A stretch of 63,673 bases of DNA, filler included, from Octopus bimaculoides (GCF_001194135.2; 11 parts of 11 records of this genome joined end to end with filler, not necessarily neighbours in it); one strand, 5' to 3'; positions 49,994-63,230 are shown, counted from the first letter of the whole stretch. Notes: generated by a model not told the origin, from the letters alone. Made by a program: numbers and translations.

Positions 49994-51199
49994 CTGAGAA
50001 TGAAAAGAGAGAAACCTGATATAGCTCACCTATTCCTCCGTTTGCCGCAAAAGATGACAATTTTGATGATTTTTACATGTTCTTTCAACAGACGGTGCAT
50101 TGAAAAGAAGTAAACATTCAATTGCGGTGCGTTTCTTGGACATTTTGTGCATTCTTTATCTGTGTTTGTTTTTTGGGGTGCTATTATTATTCCATTAGAT
50201 GTTCACGCATGCAAATAACTCTAAATTTGTGGAATTCTGTATTGAATGATAATGTTCACAAATGTTGCACGTCTCAAAATCTCCGCTGTATGTTTTAGCC
50301 TGTGTACTAGCATCTTATTGAAAATGTATGGCCAGAGAAAGATGGAGTGTTTTACGTATTTGACCATGTAGAGTTAGATTCCAGAAGTTTACAAGTTTCA
50401 TGTTTACATTGGAATTATGCATTACATTCAGGTATATTTCAGTATTTTGCTGGGTAGATTTCAATTTTGAATTGATGACAAGTGCTTTCATATTCATAGT
50501 TTTGTTATGTTTTCCGAAAACGTGTTTATGGTTAGATGCACATTCTGTTATGCTTTATTAGGCTTGGTTTTCATTTATTCTGGTGTAGAATGCGATACAC
50601 TTCGTGTCCCCAATTGTGTGGGGCTCTGCCAATATCATACCACGGTGAGTGAATATGCATTTGAATTTTAACCGATATACGTCTTAGGGTGTGGCTCGCT
50701 ATTATATTGTGCTATCCGTTATTTGCTAATCTTTGTTGTACACGTTGGATTTGTTTATTTTAATTCTCCTTCTTTAATATAAATATCCTAAATTACTAAG
50801 GAATACAAGTGATTTAAATCTGGGGAAGAATTTTGCAAATAATACCTCATATTATAGAAAAATAATGAATGTTTGAACGATGGATATTTTATTCCTAGAA
50901 AATATGGCTAACATATAGAGTCATTATCACGGCGGGCAAGGTTGCTGCTTGTCGGTATTCCCTTCGTCTCTATATTCTAAGTTCAAGTTTAGCCGAGGTC
51001 TACTTTGGTTTTCATACTTCCCAGATTGATAAAAAAAAGAAAGTCCATGTTGAGCACTTGGCTGGAATTGCTAAACATTTAAATTTATATTTAATTTTTA
51101 AAATAAGTCTTTTATGTTTCATTTTAACAAAACTTAATAAGAAATTGCAGCTCTAATGGAACCAAATTGGATGAAACATGAACAAATTTAGTTATATTT

Positions 51200-52050
51200 T
51201 ATTTCGAAATTTTCAATGTATAATGCCTCTCTTAGGATATCGAAAGTTTTCTATCAGTACATCAAACAATCATAGTAATGGAATCTAAGTAAATACGAAA
51301 GAGTTATAGAAATTAAACGTATTAAAATAATTATTTCACAAAAGAATAATAATATTCAGCTCATAACGAGACACATTTAAAGGAGGCTGCCTTTATTGTT
51401 TAAATATTTTTGGAATGAAAGTCAGCAGTCCAACTGAATCAGCCTATATTACAAACCTATAGGGACTCCAAACTAATGCCTATTTCTTATTTCATGTCAT
51501 TCGAAATAACCTAGAACAAATATTTGATATTTTCACTGAAAATGATATCCAAAATTACGCCCGATTTACTAGTGATGTACGACTTAATGAAATTAAAGAT
51601 GCGGAATACATTCATCAACAAATTATATCCATTTTGAATAGATAATGAAATGCGAACCAAAACAAATATTATTTGAATTTTCATACGTGTAAAACAATAT
51701 AATATGCCAGAACTCTGTATCTTACATTAAATCTACTTACAATACTAGAAACAATGACTCCTATGATACATTATTTCAAAATGTACTGATGTACAAAGTG
51801 GACAGCTGGTTGATTGTGTTTACAAATACATGTCATTAGACTGGTAATCAGAAGAAATAATGACAGTACTCTTAAGGAATATAGATGAAACAACAGCGAA
51901 ACATCATTTAACATCCTCGAAGGATAAGAATTTCATTTAATATAAGGACAATGGTTCATAGTAAAGCTTTATCTGTTCGTCAGGAAATCTAATCAGCATA
52001 ATTGTATTTTCAAAATACTGAAAGAATTCTATTAGATAAACCAAATTGTC
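51200..52050 (+). mobile_element. Ancient, very degenerate R4/Dong-like RT region
   Basis: Faint colinear motifs (RFTSDVRL for FS.DI.M; NIDETT-K for IDRKTRK); many stops. Confidence 0.25.
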
Positions 52051-52604
52051 TATAAGAAAATAGGTAGGAAATTCGTTTATTCGACTATTTATCGCCATCT
52101 CTTAGCTATATTAAGCATAAATGTGCAGGTAAACGTCAAGAAATGTTAAAACAAATTGCTTAACACCAGTCTGTTGATTGGACACCCGACCTAGGGCAGA
52201 TCAATAAGAAGTTTGCAAATATTAAAATATATCTACCGCATGGAAATAAGTATGATTATTTAATGACTTACTAATTAATTGATTTATTTATGTATATAAT
52301 GTGATATATTTCACTTATTTCGCAATTACGAGTCATAACATATTTGCTCCTCAGTTACGTCACAGAAATTATAGTTACGAAATTATAACTGTTTAATTAC
52401 AAATATTAGATTAAGTTTGATATAAGAAGAATAGAAACCTGTTGGATAGTTGAAGCGTATGTTCTTGTCATAACGATTAATTACAAAGCACATAGCACTT
52501 CATCCTCAATTACCTATAATCAAGCACACACACACGCACACACACACGCACATACACTCACACACATAAACACACACATACACACACACACACATACACA
52601 CACA

Positions 52605-52855
52605 CACGTGAAGGCTTATGGCTTAGTGGTTAGGATGTTGGACTCATGATCCTAACATTGTCATTGCGATTCCTGGGCCGGAGTACGCATTCTATTCTTG
52701 GGCAAAACACTTCATTTCTCACTATTCCATTTCACTCAGCTGGCAAACATAAGTAATCCTGTGACAGAGCGGCGTCACGTCCATGTGGAGAATATATATA
52801 CGTCATAGAAACCAAGAAACCAGCCCTTATGTATCGGTATGACTCAAGACGGAAA
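52605..52855 (+). mobile_element. SINE family C copy
   Basis: GGCTTAGTGGTTAGG...TTGCGATTCC...TTCTTGGGCAAAACACTTCATTTC...CACTCAGCTGGC. Confidence 0.7.
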
Positions 52856-53430
52856 ATTTGCTTTTACGCACCAACAAACACGCATATATAAATATAGACA
52901 ATTTCTCACATAAATGTTTTAAACATGTATTAAAAGAAAACATTTGTCTACTATGAGAAACAAAAGCGTCTTTAATGTATAAAATATAATAACGGGTAAT
53001 ATAGAATTTAGAGTAATGAGAGTCATGATCATGGTTTAGTTGATAACGTTATAAAGTCAAGGAATAGCATTCATAAAGTTAAAATGAAAAGGGAGGATAA
53101 AATAAAAGAATGGGTAGTAATTTAAAATGTGTTCATACGCACATTCCTTTATAAAAGAGTAGCGCTAACACACGTTCACATAGAAGGAAAAATAGGGAGA
53201 TAAATGGTAAATTATTAGAATATATAAATAATTAACAGTAGTTCCTGATATCTTAATATACTAGAACATTCATACAAATTATACGCAAATAAAGAAATGA
53301 TGACAAGCACTTAGAGAAATTCGTACATACACATGTAGATGTGGGCAACCAATCACACACACACACACGCGCGCATACACGCACGCACGCACACACACAC
53401 ACACACACACATACACACACGCACACACAC

Positions 53431-53501
<71 letters not shown>

Positions 53502-55299
53502 ATGGAATATTCGTAGATAGAAGAAACAAGAATGAAGCAAGAAGGGATATCAATAAATATTTATCAGTAGCATTGTAGTCGCTGAGCAAGATATATGCGT
53601 ATAAATTCATTGGAACATTACACAGTGAAGAGATTTTACATCAGAATGATTGGTTGAAAATCAATTAAAATTGTATGTCTCTATTCTCACAGTTTGCCAA
53701 TTCTTTAATTTCAGATACAACTACACAACACCTATCTCATTGTAATCAGCAGGTTTATGACAGTGATGTTTAACGTTTTTTAAATGACTTGAAGTTTTCT
53801 CCTACTCAAAAAGGTTATTTTTTTATATTTTGTATAATTAATTTTGTTTCTTTCTTCCTTTGCTGCTTCTCTGGCATAAGTTAGTGCCAGGTGGAATGAC
53901 ATTACGCTTGGCCCATTTCAGCGCTTGTGAGATAGTTGAGCTCAAGCGTTCCCTCGCTGCTTACACTAAACTGGATTCTATTTGAAGCACTCTCCGTAAG
54001 AGACTAAGTGTCCTGCCAAGTTAAAATAAACGATCTCTTGAACGGAATGTTTTAGAATTTCCGTTTATCATTTGTTGTAATTTACAAAGTTTTGAGTCTC
54101 TTCACGTTCGGTTGCCATATACACCTGTTCTGGAGGAAAATTTTGAGGACATTTTTAGGAATACAGTGTTGTCTTCTCAACTTCCCTATTTCAAGATATT
54201 AGTAATAATTGCTCCATAATACAACATATATAATTATACATTTTACTAAGTATCGGTATTTAAGCAGTCTGTAATCAATAATCTCTGCTAGATTGTGTTG
54301 GGATATCTTTCAGATGTTGGGCAAACTTGCATTCGCTCACTTCACATTTCAAATCACAAACCATATTATCACTTCACTTCTATTCCTTCCCATATATTTC
54401 ACGTATAGTGTCAGATCAGGCAACATTTCTCTATTTCGCTCTCTATACATCTTTTTCACACTCTCTCTATTTCCCTCTCTTTTTGATTCTGAATATCTGA
54501 AATTTTAGATTCTACATCCCTCACACCGATTGAACTCATCGATTTCTCTGTGAACTCTAAAACTTAGTAGTAATAGTTGCCAAACGCAGACCAGCACCAG
54601 TTATATCCAATACCGGATATTGCCTACAGTGCAAGACAATCATGGAGTTTCTTACATATGAAAGGATGGTAAACATTCAATCGATAAAACTTTCCGATTT
54701 CTCTAAAGTTTCAAGTCAAATATAGCAGTCGTAAACACAATTTATTTCTCGAGGCTACTATATATAATAAGAACTATGTAGACTTCTGGATATTTATGTT
54801 GATAATAACTTACAGGTGCTTAAAAGACCACGAGAAATATTCAATAGTGTAAAAGGAGTGACATCACCTGTGAGAATGTATGACATCTACTTGTACCAAA
54901 CATAGTATCAATATATATACTTTGCCATATTATAAACACTGGACGCAATACACATAATATTATAATGGAAATAAATTTTATGACATAATATTACATTCAT
55001 TGACTATATACGTCTCTGCACTTGTTAATGTTTTCTCCTAGGTGAACCTACTCAAGCAGATCATGATAAAATGTATTTCAGCTGTGAATATAATCTTTTA
55101 TTTATTTATTTTTTTGGTGGTGGTGGTGGTGGTGGTGGTGGTGGTGGTGCTTGAGTGTAGATACGACTATGTTGTTAATGTGTTGTTTTATTTGTTATTT
55201 TTTAAAGCGTTATTCCGACGAAAGTAAACGTAAAACATATTTGAAGCGAGAAAACTTAATCAAAAATAAAAACTCTCATTCAGCATAAAGAAACAAAAC

Positions 55300-56050
55300 A
55301 AAGACCACGAGGATTAGACCAAACACTGGTGTACATGCAAAAAGTAATGTAGTGTCTATCAAAGCTGTATATCTTGCTAAAATAAGCTTCAGTTGTATTA
55401 TCTTCAGCTTGACGATAAATGACATACCATAAGACGGAGAGAGAAAATAAAGTAAATCTTAAAAACTACAGAAAAATGTGACACTGAAAAATTATATTTG
55501 TCATCAATACAAATCAAAAGAAAATCTATGAAATGAAGTTAGAAACAATGATAGAATATTCACTGTTCATATGCAAAACTGTATAGTCAAGAAAAGTTGC
55601 AATCTAATACATACAGTTTGCAAAAACAATTAAAAATAAAGTATTTTCTCACTGAAATAATGCAAAAGAACACAGACTACAGTCTGTAATAATAAATTAT
55701 TTTGAAGAGAAAGAAGAAACAAAATCAGAGCTTGTGAAATATGCAAAACGTAAGCTAAAATTTGGGTTTGAGATTAATATAGCAGACCAAATAGGAACAT
55801 ACATCTAACCAAACTGTAAACTACTGATCAGTTTTAACCATGAGAAAATTACAAATGCGGGTATGAAATGTGTATGGAGACATAATGCACCGGTGGACAG
55901 TTCTACCAGTACATTATGAAATATTAAAAAAGAGGTAAAGTTAAAACATACAAGAAAAAATAGTCCCTGACAACGACACAGTGACTGTATTTACGAATAT
56001 GTAAGCGGAAATAAAGGAGACCAACCACATACTTATGTCAAGTCTAATAT
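55300..56050 (+). mobile_element. Ancient degenerate R4/Dong-like post-RT region
   Basis: GGACAGTTCTACCAG (GQFYQ) and CGAATATGTAAG...ACCAACCACATA (RICK...TNHI) echo the HGQF and CCHC motifs. Confidence 0.3.
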
Positions 56051-57037
56051 GAAAGATGTGATTTATGTCTTTTTAAAAGCGGTGTGGTCTATCCTAATAT
56101 GAAATTTGTCGATGTTGGTGACGATCAGTGTGGTGGTATTGCTTTTAGGGATGTTGTCATTGCTGCTGCTGTTACCGTTACTAACGCAGCTGCTGTTTCT
56201 GCTGCTGTTGCTGCTGCTGTCACCTTTGCTGCTGCTACTACCGGCTCTTCGGCGGTAGATTATGCTGCAGAGGTATAGAGATCGCAATAAATGGAGAAAT
56301 TATGTTTACCTCTGACACTACACGTGGAATATATGGGTATGAATAGAAATGAAGTTGTAATATGGATTGGGATTTGAGGTTTGAAGTGAGTGAATGCAAC
56401 AGTTTTCCCAAAATATCATAGATACCTCAGCACCTCCGATATCATTGGTGTTCAGTGGTAAGGCTGTCCTTTCTTCCTTGGACGACAAAATATTAAGATA
56501 GACTTTGCTTCTAAACGTAAAATGAGCATTAATTTTTTTTTTAGTGGTGACGGTGGTAGTGGGGAAAGAAATATTGCTCCTTACGGGACAAAACGACCAC
56601 AGAATGCTAGTAAAAAGTATATGGTATTCTTAGCAATTAATTCCAACGAAGCTTCTACGACAAGAACTGCAACAAACCGTTGAAAGAAATAATTTTCAAG
56701 AAGTGTATTCGGAAACACGTCTGACGCATTCTGCAGGAAATGTATTAATAATAATAATAANNNNNNNNNNNNNNNNNNNNNNNNNNNNNNNNNNNNNNNN
56801 NNNNTTAATTAATTAANNNNNNNNNNNNNNNNNNNNNNNNNNNNNNNNNNNNNNNNNNNNATTAAAATTAATTATATCTTTGGAAATATATGTTAATACG
56901 TTATCAAGGCTATCCAAAATTAGTGATTCAAATTGAACATCTGAAAAATCACCAGTTTATAAACACTTGCAAAAAGAACGCCTAAATCGAATTCAACTAA
57001 AGACATTCCTTCATTTTGCTATAATGAGCATTATTGT

Positions 57038-57480
57038 CTATCTGTCTGCCTGTTCCCTCTTCACAGTCAAACAGCTGGACCACTAGTCACGATGTTTTTG
57101 GGGATTACAAAGGAGGTAATCAGGAAGGTTTTTAGTGAAAAAAATGTGAAAAGTGGATATTGATTTGTGTATTAATAAATCACCTTTGATTTTTTTTTTT
57201 TTTGTTAAAATTCCTGCAACGAGGATTAACTCTGGATCCCCCTCCCATATAGTTTGTGAATTTAGAGGGTTTAGATTTACTATACTATCTCTTTGTTTCC
57301 TATCATAGACGGGCAGATTTGCTATCTTACTATAATGGACATTATGTCCATCTATCTGTCCCTCTGTCTGTCTCTTTGTCTGTCCCCTCTTCACAGCCAG
57401 ATGACTAGACCAATGGTTACAATATTTTGGGGGATTACAAAGACGGTTGTGAGGAAGATTTTTAGCATTAAAAAATCAGA
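57038..57480 (+). repeat. Two diverged tandem copies of a Helitron/DINE-1-like 5' core
   Basis: (CTGT)n-CCCTCTTCACAG.CA.A..CT.GACCA...TTTTGGGGATTACAAAG at ~57038-57130 and ~57345-57450. Confidence 0.4.
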
Positions 57481-58579
57481 AAGTATGATTATTTCGTGGA
57501 TATTGATTCTTGAATTGGTACACCACCTTTGCATTTTTATTAAAAATTCACTGACCACGAGTAGCTCTAGATTTTCATTGTATAGTTTGTGGCCCCATTG
57601 TAGATACAAAGGAGTTCGTGAGGACGGTTAATAGCGAAAATAAAATGGAAAAAGTTTGTCAGTATACAGTGTGTGTGATTATGTAGTGGTTATTGACATG
57701 TGTCAGTCTTGAGCCAGATTCAAAACAATTAATTGAAGCAACTGTCAATCAAAATAACCCATGGTACCAGAACATTCAGACATTATTTGCATAGAACAGT
57801 GAGAAATAAGACTTAGTTTTTTGCAACCCTAAAGATTCCACTCCTGCATTCACAGCATACAAGGCAAAGGCCCAGACTCTACATCATGTAGGTATATTTT
57901 TACCCACTCTGATGTTTACTCACAGCCAGTTATACGTCGTTATGAGTAGAACAACAGACTCCAGTAATTTGAAAATTAGTGTTGACCAAACAGAAAATAT
58001 CATCTACAAAGAAGTGTTGTAATCATATTGACATTATTGAAAGGAATATAATTCATAATTTAAATGAGGAAATTTGTAAACTTTTGTTAGGAATGGTCCG
58101 CATAACCATTCATAATACGGAGGTTGGGAACCTATTTCGTTTCGGGAGTTAATCATCATCACATATCACTTAGTCACAAAAACATGCCATATAGCTGCAA
58201 TAGAATGCTGTATCACCAACGATAATGTGATTTCTCTAAGACATCACCCAGTAATCTTATCAAGTCCATTTACACATTTCTCAATACATACTGCTGTTAT
58301 GATTTCCCTCCCTCATTTTATGCCTCCATTGTAGATGGGTAGATTTGCTAGTTCAACTAATGGTGACATCACTGGATAATGAAAATGTTTTATAAAAATA
58401 AAATAAAAAAACAAACATATTAAAGAAAAGTCATTCAACTATTGGTGACATCAGTGGATGATGAAATTAAGAAAAAAAATTTTAATTTTGCACTATGACA
58501 ATTAGAAATTTACATAGAAGTATAATCTTAAAAAGGCTAGTTTTGTATATATCTATTGGTGACATCACTGGCTAATTAA

Positions 58580-60130
58580 CCCTTTTGTGTTCAGATTAAT
58601 CTATCAAAATGTTTATTTGTTCACATTATTTTGAATTATTCAGGTTCAACAATATTTGCTTGTAACTTTGGTAATTTTTTACATACAGATTTGAAATAGT
58701 TATGATCTTTCTGATTAAATTTGACTTTTATAGACACGTAAATTTAATTAACAGGTGTAAAAGCAATAACATTATGGATAAACACTAAAATTGAAATTCA
58801 AATGCATCTTACCTGTTTGATTTGTTACTAAAATTATCCCAGATGTTAACCGCCAACAATTTTACCACTTTTCAAAATGCAGTACATTAATTTGAATTAA
58901 TTAAAATACAGGTATAATCGGTACAAGATTTTATTCTTTCTCTATATTTCATTCAAAAATTTTTATTGAAAATAAAGTACAAAACTCTTTTACTAGTCAA
59001 TGTACCATTGGCTATGTCTGTACTCTTATACAATTTAATGAATACATTTATTAGATGAATGTATCTAATAAAAAAGAAATATTAACAGGCAAGACAAAGG
59101 TGAATACAGGTGTGTAACATACTGAAAATTAATATGTATTTCTCACTTTCACATATTATTTGTATAAAATGAAAGGAATACATGATAGTATTACTATCAA
59201 ACAACAAAATATAGTTATGCCATATTTCTATCGTGAAACTGTGCAAAGCACCCTTTACACAACGGCACTTTTGCAAAACGAACACATATATGTGGTCTCA
59301 ACCTGATATCCTTTCATAGTTTTTGTTTTTTGTAGTGAACACAGTCTGCAAACTTTTTTTCCTTCCATTTATTTTTTCCAGTTTATGGAAGTCAATATTT
59401 TCTCTGTTGACATCCACCTCAGTTAATTTTGTTTTTCTCCCAGTTCTATACTTTCTGGAAGAAAAGCCCTCATGTAACTGAGATGCAATGTCAACTCGAA
59501 ATTTCAAATGATAGTAGTCCTTTGGTGGTGGAGGTATCTTGTGGCTTTTTACATAAACAATGCTTGAATTAAATATAGCTAGATATCTGGATCACCATAT
59601 CTGGATATATCTGGATCACCATAACTTATATCAGGATTCCAGTAGTTCCACAGTCAAGGAAGCTGTTTGATACCAAACATAATGTTTAGAGTAAAAAAGC
59701 TTGCATTTCCACAGTATCAGTTGGCTGCCATAATAGATAGGTCTTCCACGAATAGAATTTATGCATTGAGCATATTTATTTATTTCCTCTGCAACAGTTT
59801 CAAAGAAGTAAAAAAAATCAAACTAAAGCTTCAAAAAAACTTTTCAGTAAAAATAAAAATGGCTAGTCCAGTGGTTGAGCATCAGAAGGTAGACTTTCCT
59901 TGTGGACTAGGCTTTTCTGTGAAATTGGGAATTGTGGTTGATGTAGTAATCTTCAACCATGTTGTCGTATTGTTTTCAATATCAGATTTGTCTGAAGACA
60001 AATCACTGTTGTTTTCATTTACATTTTGTACATCATCAAGAGTAAAACATTCAAAGTCAAAATCACTACTTGCTGATGCCATATCATTAAAAACTACAAT
60101 GTACAATTCTCTTGAAATGTTGAAAAAAAA
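58580..60130 (-). mobile_element. Internally deleted piggyBac transposon (PGBD4-like transposase)
   Basis: TTAA (58576-58579) then CCCTTT terminus; minus-strand SDFDFECFTLDDVQ...WLKITTSTTIPNFTEKP, FETVAEEINKYA, MFGIKQLP*LWNYW, HLKFRVDIASQL and C-terminal ETTYMCSFCK-VPLCKGCFAQFH; DDD core absent. Confidence 0.8.
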
Positions 60131-60416
60131 CAAAATGTTTCTCACACACGCACGCACACACACACACATGTAAATTCAGGGTACAAGATGCAGAGAATAT
60201 AGCAAATATATTTAGAAATAGTTTTCCCCTTTGTAAAAATACATCCTAGTATCAACTGATTTCACTTTCTGTGTTGAACCAACACTTGAAGCTCATCAGC
60301 TAGGCTTACAGCATCANNNNNNNNNNNNNNNNNNNNNNNNNNNNNNNNNNNNNNNNNNNNTTAATTAATTAANNNNNNNNNNNNNNNNNNNNNNNNNNNN
60401 NNNNNNNNNNNNNNNN

Positions 60417-61950
60417 CCCCCAAAACTCGCAGTCCCATTTTACTCTTCTTCTATACGTTTTCCTATCGTTCTCACTTATCAGTTATATATTCGACTAGAT
60501 CCTCCCTAGTAACTACACTACGGAGGTTCTCGTAACGAAACATTTCTTGTGACCTAGTAATTAATTTAGGAAACAATCTATACAGTTTTTCTATTCTTTC
60601 GTCCTCCAACAGCACAGCTATCAAATCTGGTGACTCCGAGTTCAATTTCACTCTAATCAGCCCTTCCATTTTTAACAACTTCTTTTCCAATTCATTATTC
60701 TTTTTTATGNNNNNNNNNNNNNNNNNNNNNNNNNNNNNNNNNNNNNNNNNNNNNNNNNNNNNNNNNNNNNNNNNNNNNNNNNNNNNNNNNNNNNNNNNNN
60801 NNNNNNNNNNNNNNNNNNNNNNNNNNNNNNNNNNNTCTTTTTCCCCATTTGTTGTTGTCTCCAGCCCTGTTGTTCGAGACTCTCTCTTCCGTTTCGTCCA
60901 CCAATGTTGTTGTTTTTTTCGCCTTTCCTGCTTTCCTCTTTTTGGGGGTTTTGGGTGGTNNNNNNNNNNTTTTTTCGCCTTTCCTGCTTTCCTCTTTTTG
61001 GGGGTTTTGGGTGGTGACTCCACCCTCAACCTTTTCCTGTCAACCGCAGCTTCCTCTTCCCTTTCTTCTACCTCCTCCTCCACCTCTAACATATTGGGGG
61101 TCTCCCCTCCACCACAACTCTTAGTTGTGTTTCATCGGGGAGCGCCACTTCCTCTGTGATGTTGTGTAGATCCAGTAGGGATACGTGGATTAGGACTTCA
61201 AATCCAAATCCCCAACAGTTAATCTCTTTCGTCCTCTCCGCCTTCACAACTTCCACCTCCTCCTTACAATTGAAAATGATGGCTGTCACCAGCCATTCCT
61301 CATTGATCTCTGGGAGCACTCTGCCTATTTTTACTCTCGCGGCACGTCTCCCGCAGTAAGTTGGCAAGAGTGCCCACTTTGCAACTCTTAAGGCCACCGT
61401 GGACTGCCTTTTCGCATCTTCCTCATTTCTGAAACGCACCTCTACTGTTTCGGATTTTCTTCCTCTAAAATAAAAAGTTGTCATATTTTTTACTTGGCAA
61501 AGACACTCCTCTAATTCTTCCGTCGTTGCTATTTCATTTTTTCCTCTTTCCACATTCAGGGTTCTGTACACTATAATTCGTTTCTCTGCTCGTTGCGTCT
61601 CCTCTTTANNNNNNNNNNNNNNNNNNNNNNNNNNNNNNNNNNNNNNNNNNNNNNNNNNNNNNNNNNNNNNNNNNNNNNNNNTATTTTAATTTCCGTCATT
61701 TCCATAGCGTTGGCAGACAGGCGTTTGCCTGCAGCCGCAGCGTAACTCGGTGTATTCATACCCAGCTCTGGGTATTACAACAATTTACAAAAATATTCAA
61801 CAAGGTTCAACAATAACAATAATCTTCAACAATATTCTTTAACAGCAACAACAAAAATTCCGACTCACCGCAACGCTCTCTACAGCCAAAGTCAAAAACG
61901 CAAATCTCAATCTACCGTTAGTCCTCTACTCCTTTTCTTTATTTGGCACT
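60417..61950 (-). mobile_element. Tx1/L1-like non-LTR retrotransposon ORF1 (gag-like) unit, defective
   Basis: MNTPSYAAAAG start at 61759, RRM-like region, LRVVVEGRPPIC*R (start of a zinc knuckle with TAG at 61088-61086), SPPKTPKKRK linker, C-terminal domain ending at 60472; ATG-GGA-CTG-CGA-GTT-TTG follows 33 nt after the stop. Confidence 0.65.
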
Positions 61951-62522
61951 ACGGCCATGCCACAGAGGGGGACACTACAAGGACAGACAACACCACAATG
62001 GGGACACAAAACATAAACCGAATGACANNNNNNNNNNGATGTTATATAAGGAAGAAATGAAATGGCTGCATGGGCCCCATAACCATGCAGCACCATTTGA
62101 ATCGTTTATATAAACTATTTTCCATCGTTCACTTTTTCTGTGTTATTCTTAATTATCTGTTTTCTCTCTCTTTTTNNNNNNNNNNNNNNNNNNNNNNNNN
62201 NNNNNNNNNNNNNNNNNNNNNNNNNNNNNNNNNNNNNNNNNNNNNNNNNNNNNNNNAACGGCTCCAAGTCCCTGAGTTCGATCACTGGTGGCAGCTCGTC
62301 GAACATGACCGCTACTCCGGGTGGATCAGTTTTATCTCCGCACATGTCTTTTAGTTTTTCGTACGTGTACCTATCGACCACAATGGCCTTCCCATTTTCA
62401 GAGTAGACATCTGTTGGTAGCTTAATTCTTATAATATGTTTGAATTTTAGAATTTTCTTCTCTGTCTCCTTGTTTTTTGAGTAAGTTACAAAATTCCAAT
62501 TGTTTTTCCATCTTCTTGATTT
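61951..62522 (-). mobile_element. 3' part of a second, diverged ORF1 unit with an AATAAA-ending 3' region
   Basis: Open frame 62522-62258 KNKETEKKILKFKHIIRIKL...AIVVDRYTYEKL aligns with KNNELEKKLLKMEGLIRVKL...AVLLEDERIEKL of the downstream unit. Confidence 0.55.
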
Positions 62523-62860
62523 NNNNNNNNNNNNNNNNNNNNNNNNNNNNNNNNNNNNNNNNNNNNTTAATTAATTAANNNNNNNNNNNNNNNNNNNNNN
62601 NNNNNNNNNNNNNNNNNNNNNNAAAGAAGGGCACATGTATACACTACAGGCTTCTTTCAGTTTCCGCCTACCGAATTCATTCAGAAGGGTTTGATTAGCC
62701 CCAGGTTATAGTAGAAGACATATGTACAAGGTGCCACGCAGTAGGACTGAACTCAGAACCATGTGGTTGGGGAAGCAAGCTTCTTACACACTGCTGCGCT
62801 TGCGCCTGTATATATATATATGTATATATATATATGTATATATATATATGTATATATATA

Positions 62861-62913
<53 letters not shown>

Positions 62914-63170
62914 GTTTCTGTGTGGTGTGTTTGTGTGTATTATTAATATATGACTTGTGCGTAATTGTACAAGGTTGTGTCACTGGGTATTTATGAATAT
63001 GTGCGTTTGTCTGTACACGGACGTATAAGTACACACACACACATATATGTGTGTATGTATGTATATATCAATAAGTATATACATTAATACACGCGTGTAG
63101 ATGCATGTGTCTTGGCTCTCTGCCTAATGTACAATGTATCCACGTATGCGTCGTAATTTGTATGTAAATG

Positions 63171-63230
<60 letters not shown>

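Noticed and set aside
54506-54565. Possible terminal exon DSTSLTPIELIDFSVNSKT* completing a chain with 15311 and 40352
   Set aside because: Only an acceptor-like site supports it; phase matching was chosen after the fact and no domain is recognisable.
58795-58835. 15-nt TTTTAG|...|GTAAGA microexon-like pattern on the minus strand
   Set aside because: It lies inside the piggyBac subterminal region and has a weak pyrimidine tract.
60914-61015. Identical ~45-bp direct repeat within the ORF1 unit
   Set aside because: The copies flank a 10-N gap exactly; most likely an unmerged contig overlap.
61561-61610. Apparent stop ending ORF 61571-61759
   Set aside because: A frame offset caused by the N gap; the downstream frame is open as KEETQRAEKRIIVYRTL up to the gap.
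60417-62522. Telomeric role for the tandem ORF1 units
   Set aside because: No (TTAGGG)n or other telomeric repeat is visible; the HeT-A comparison is an architectural analogy only.
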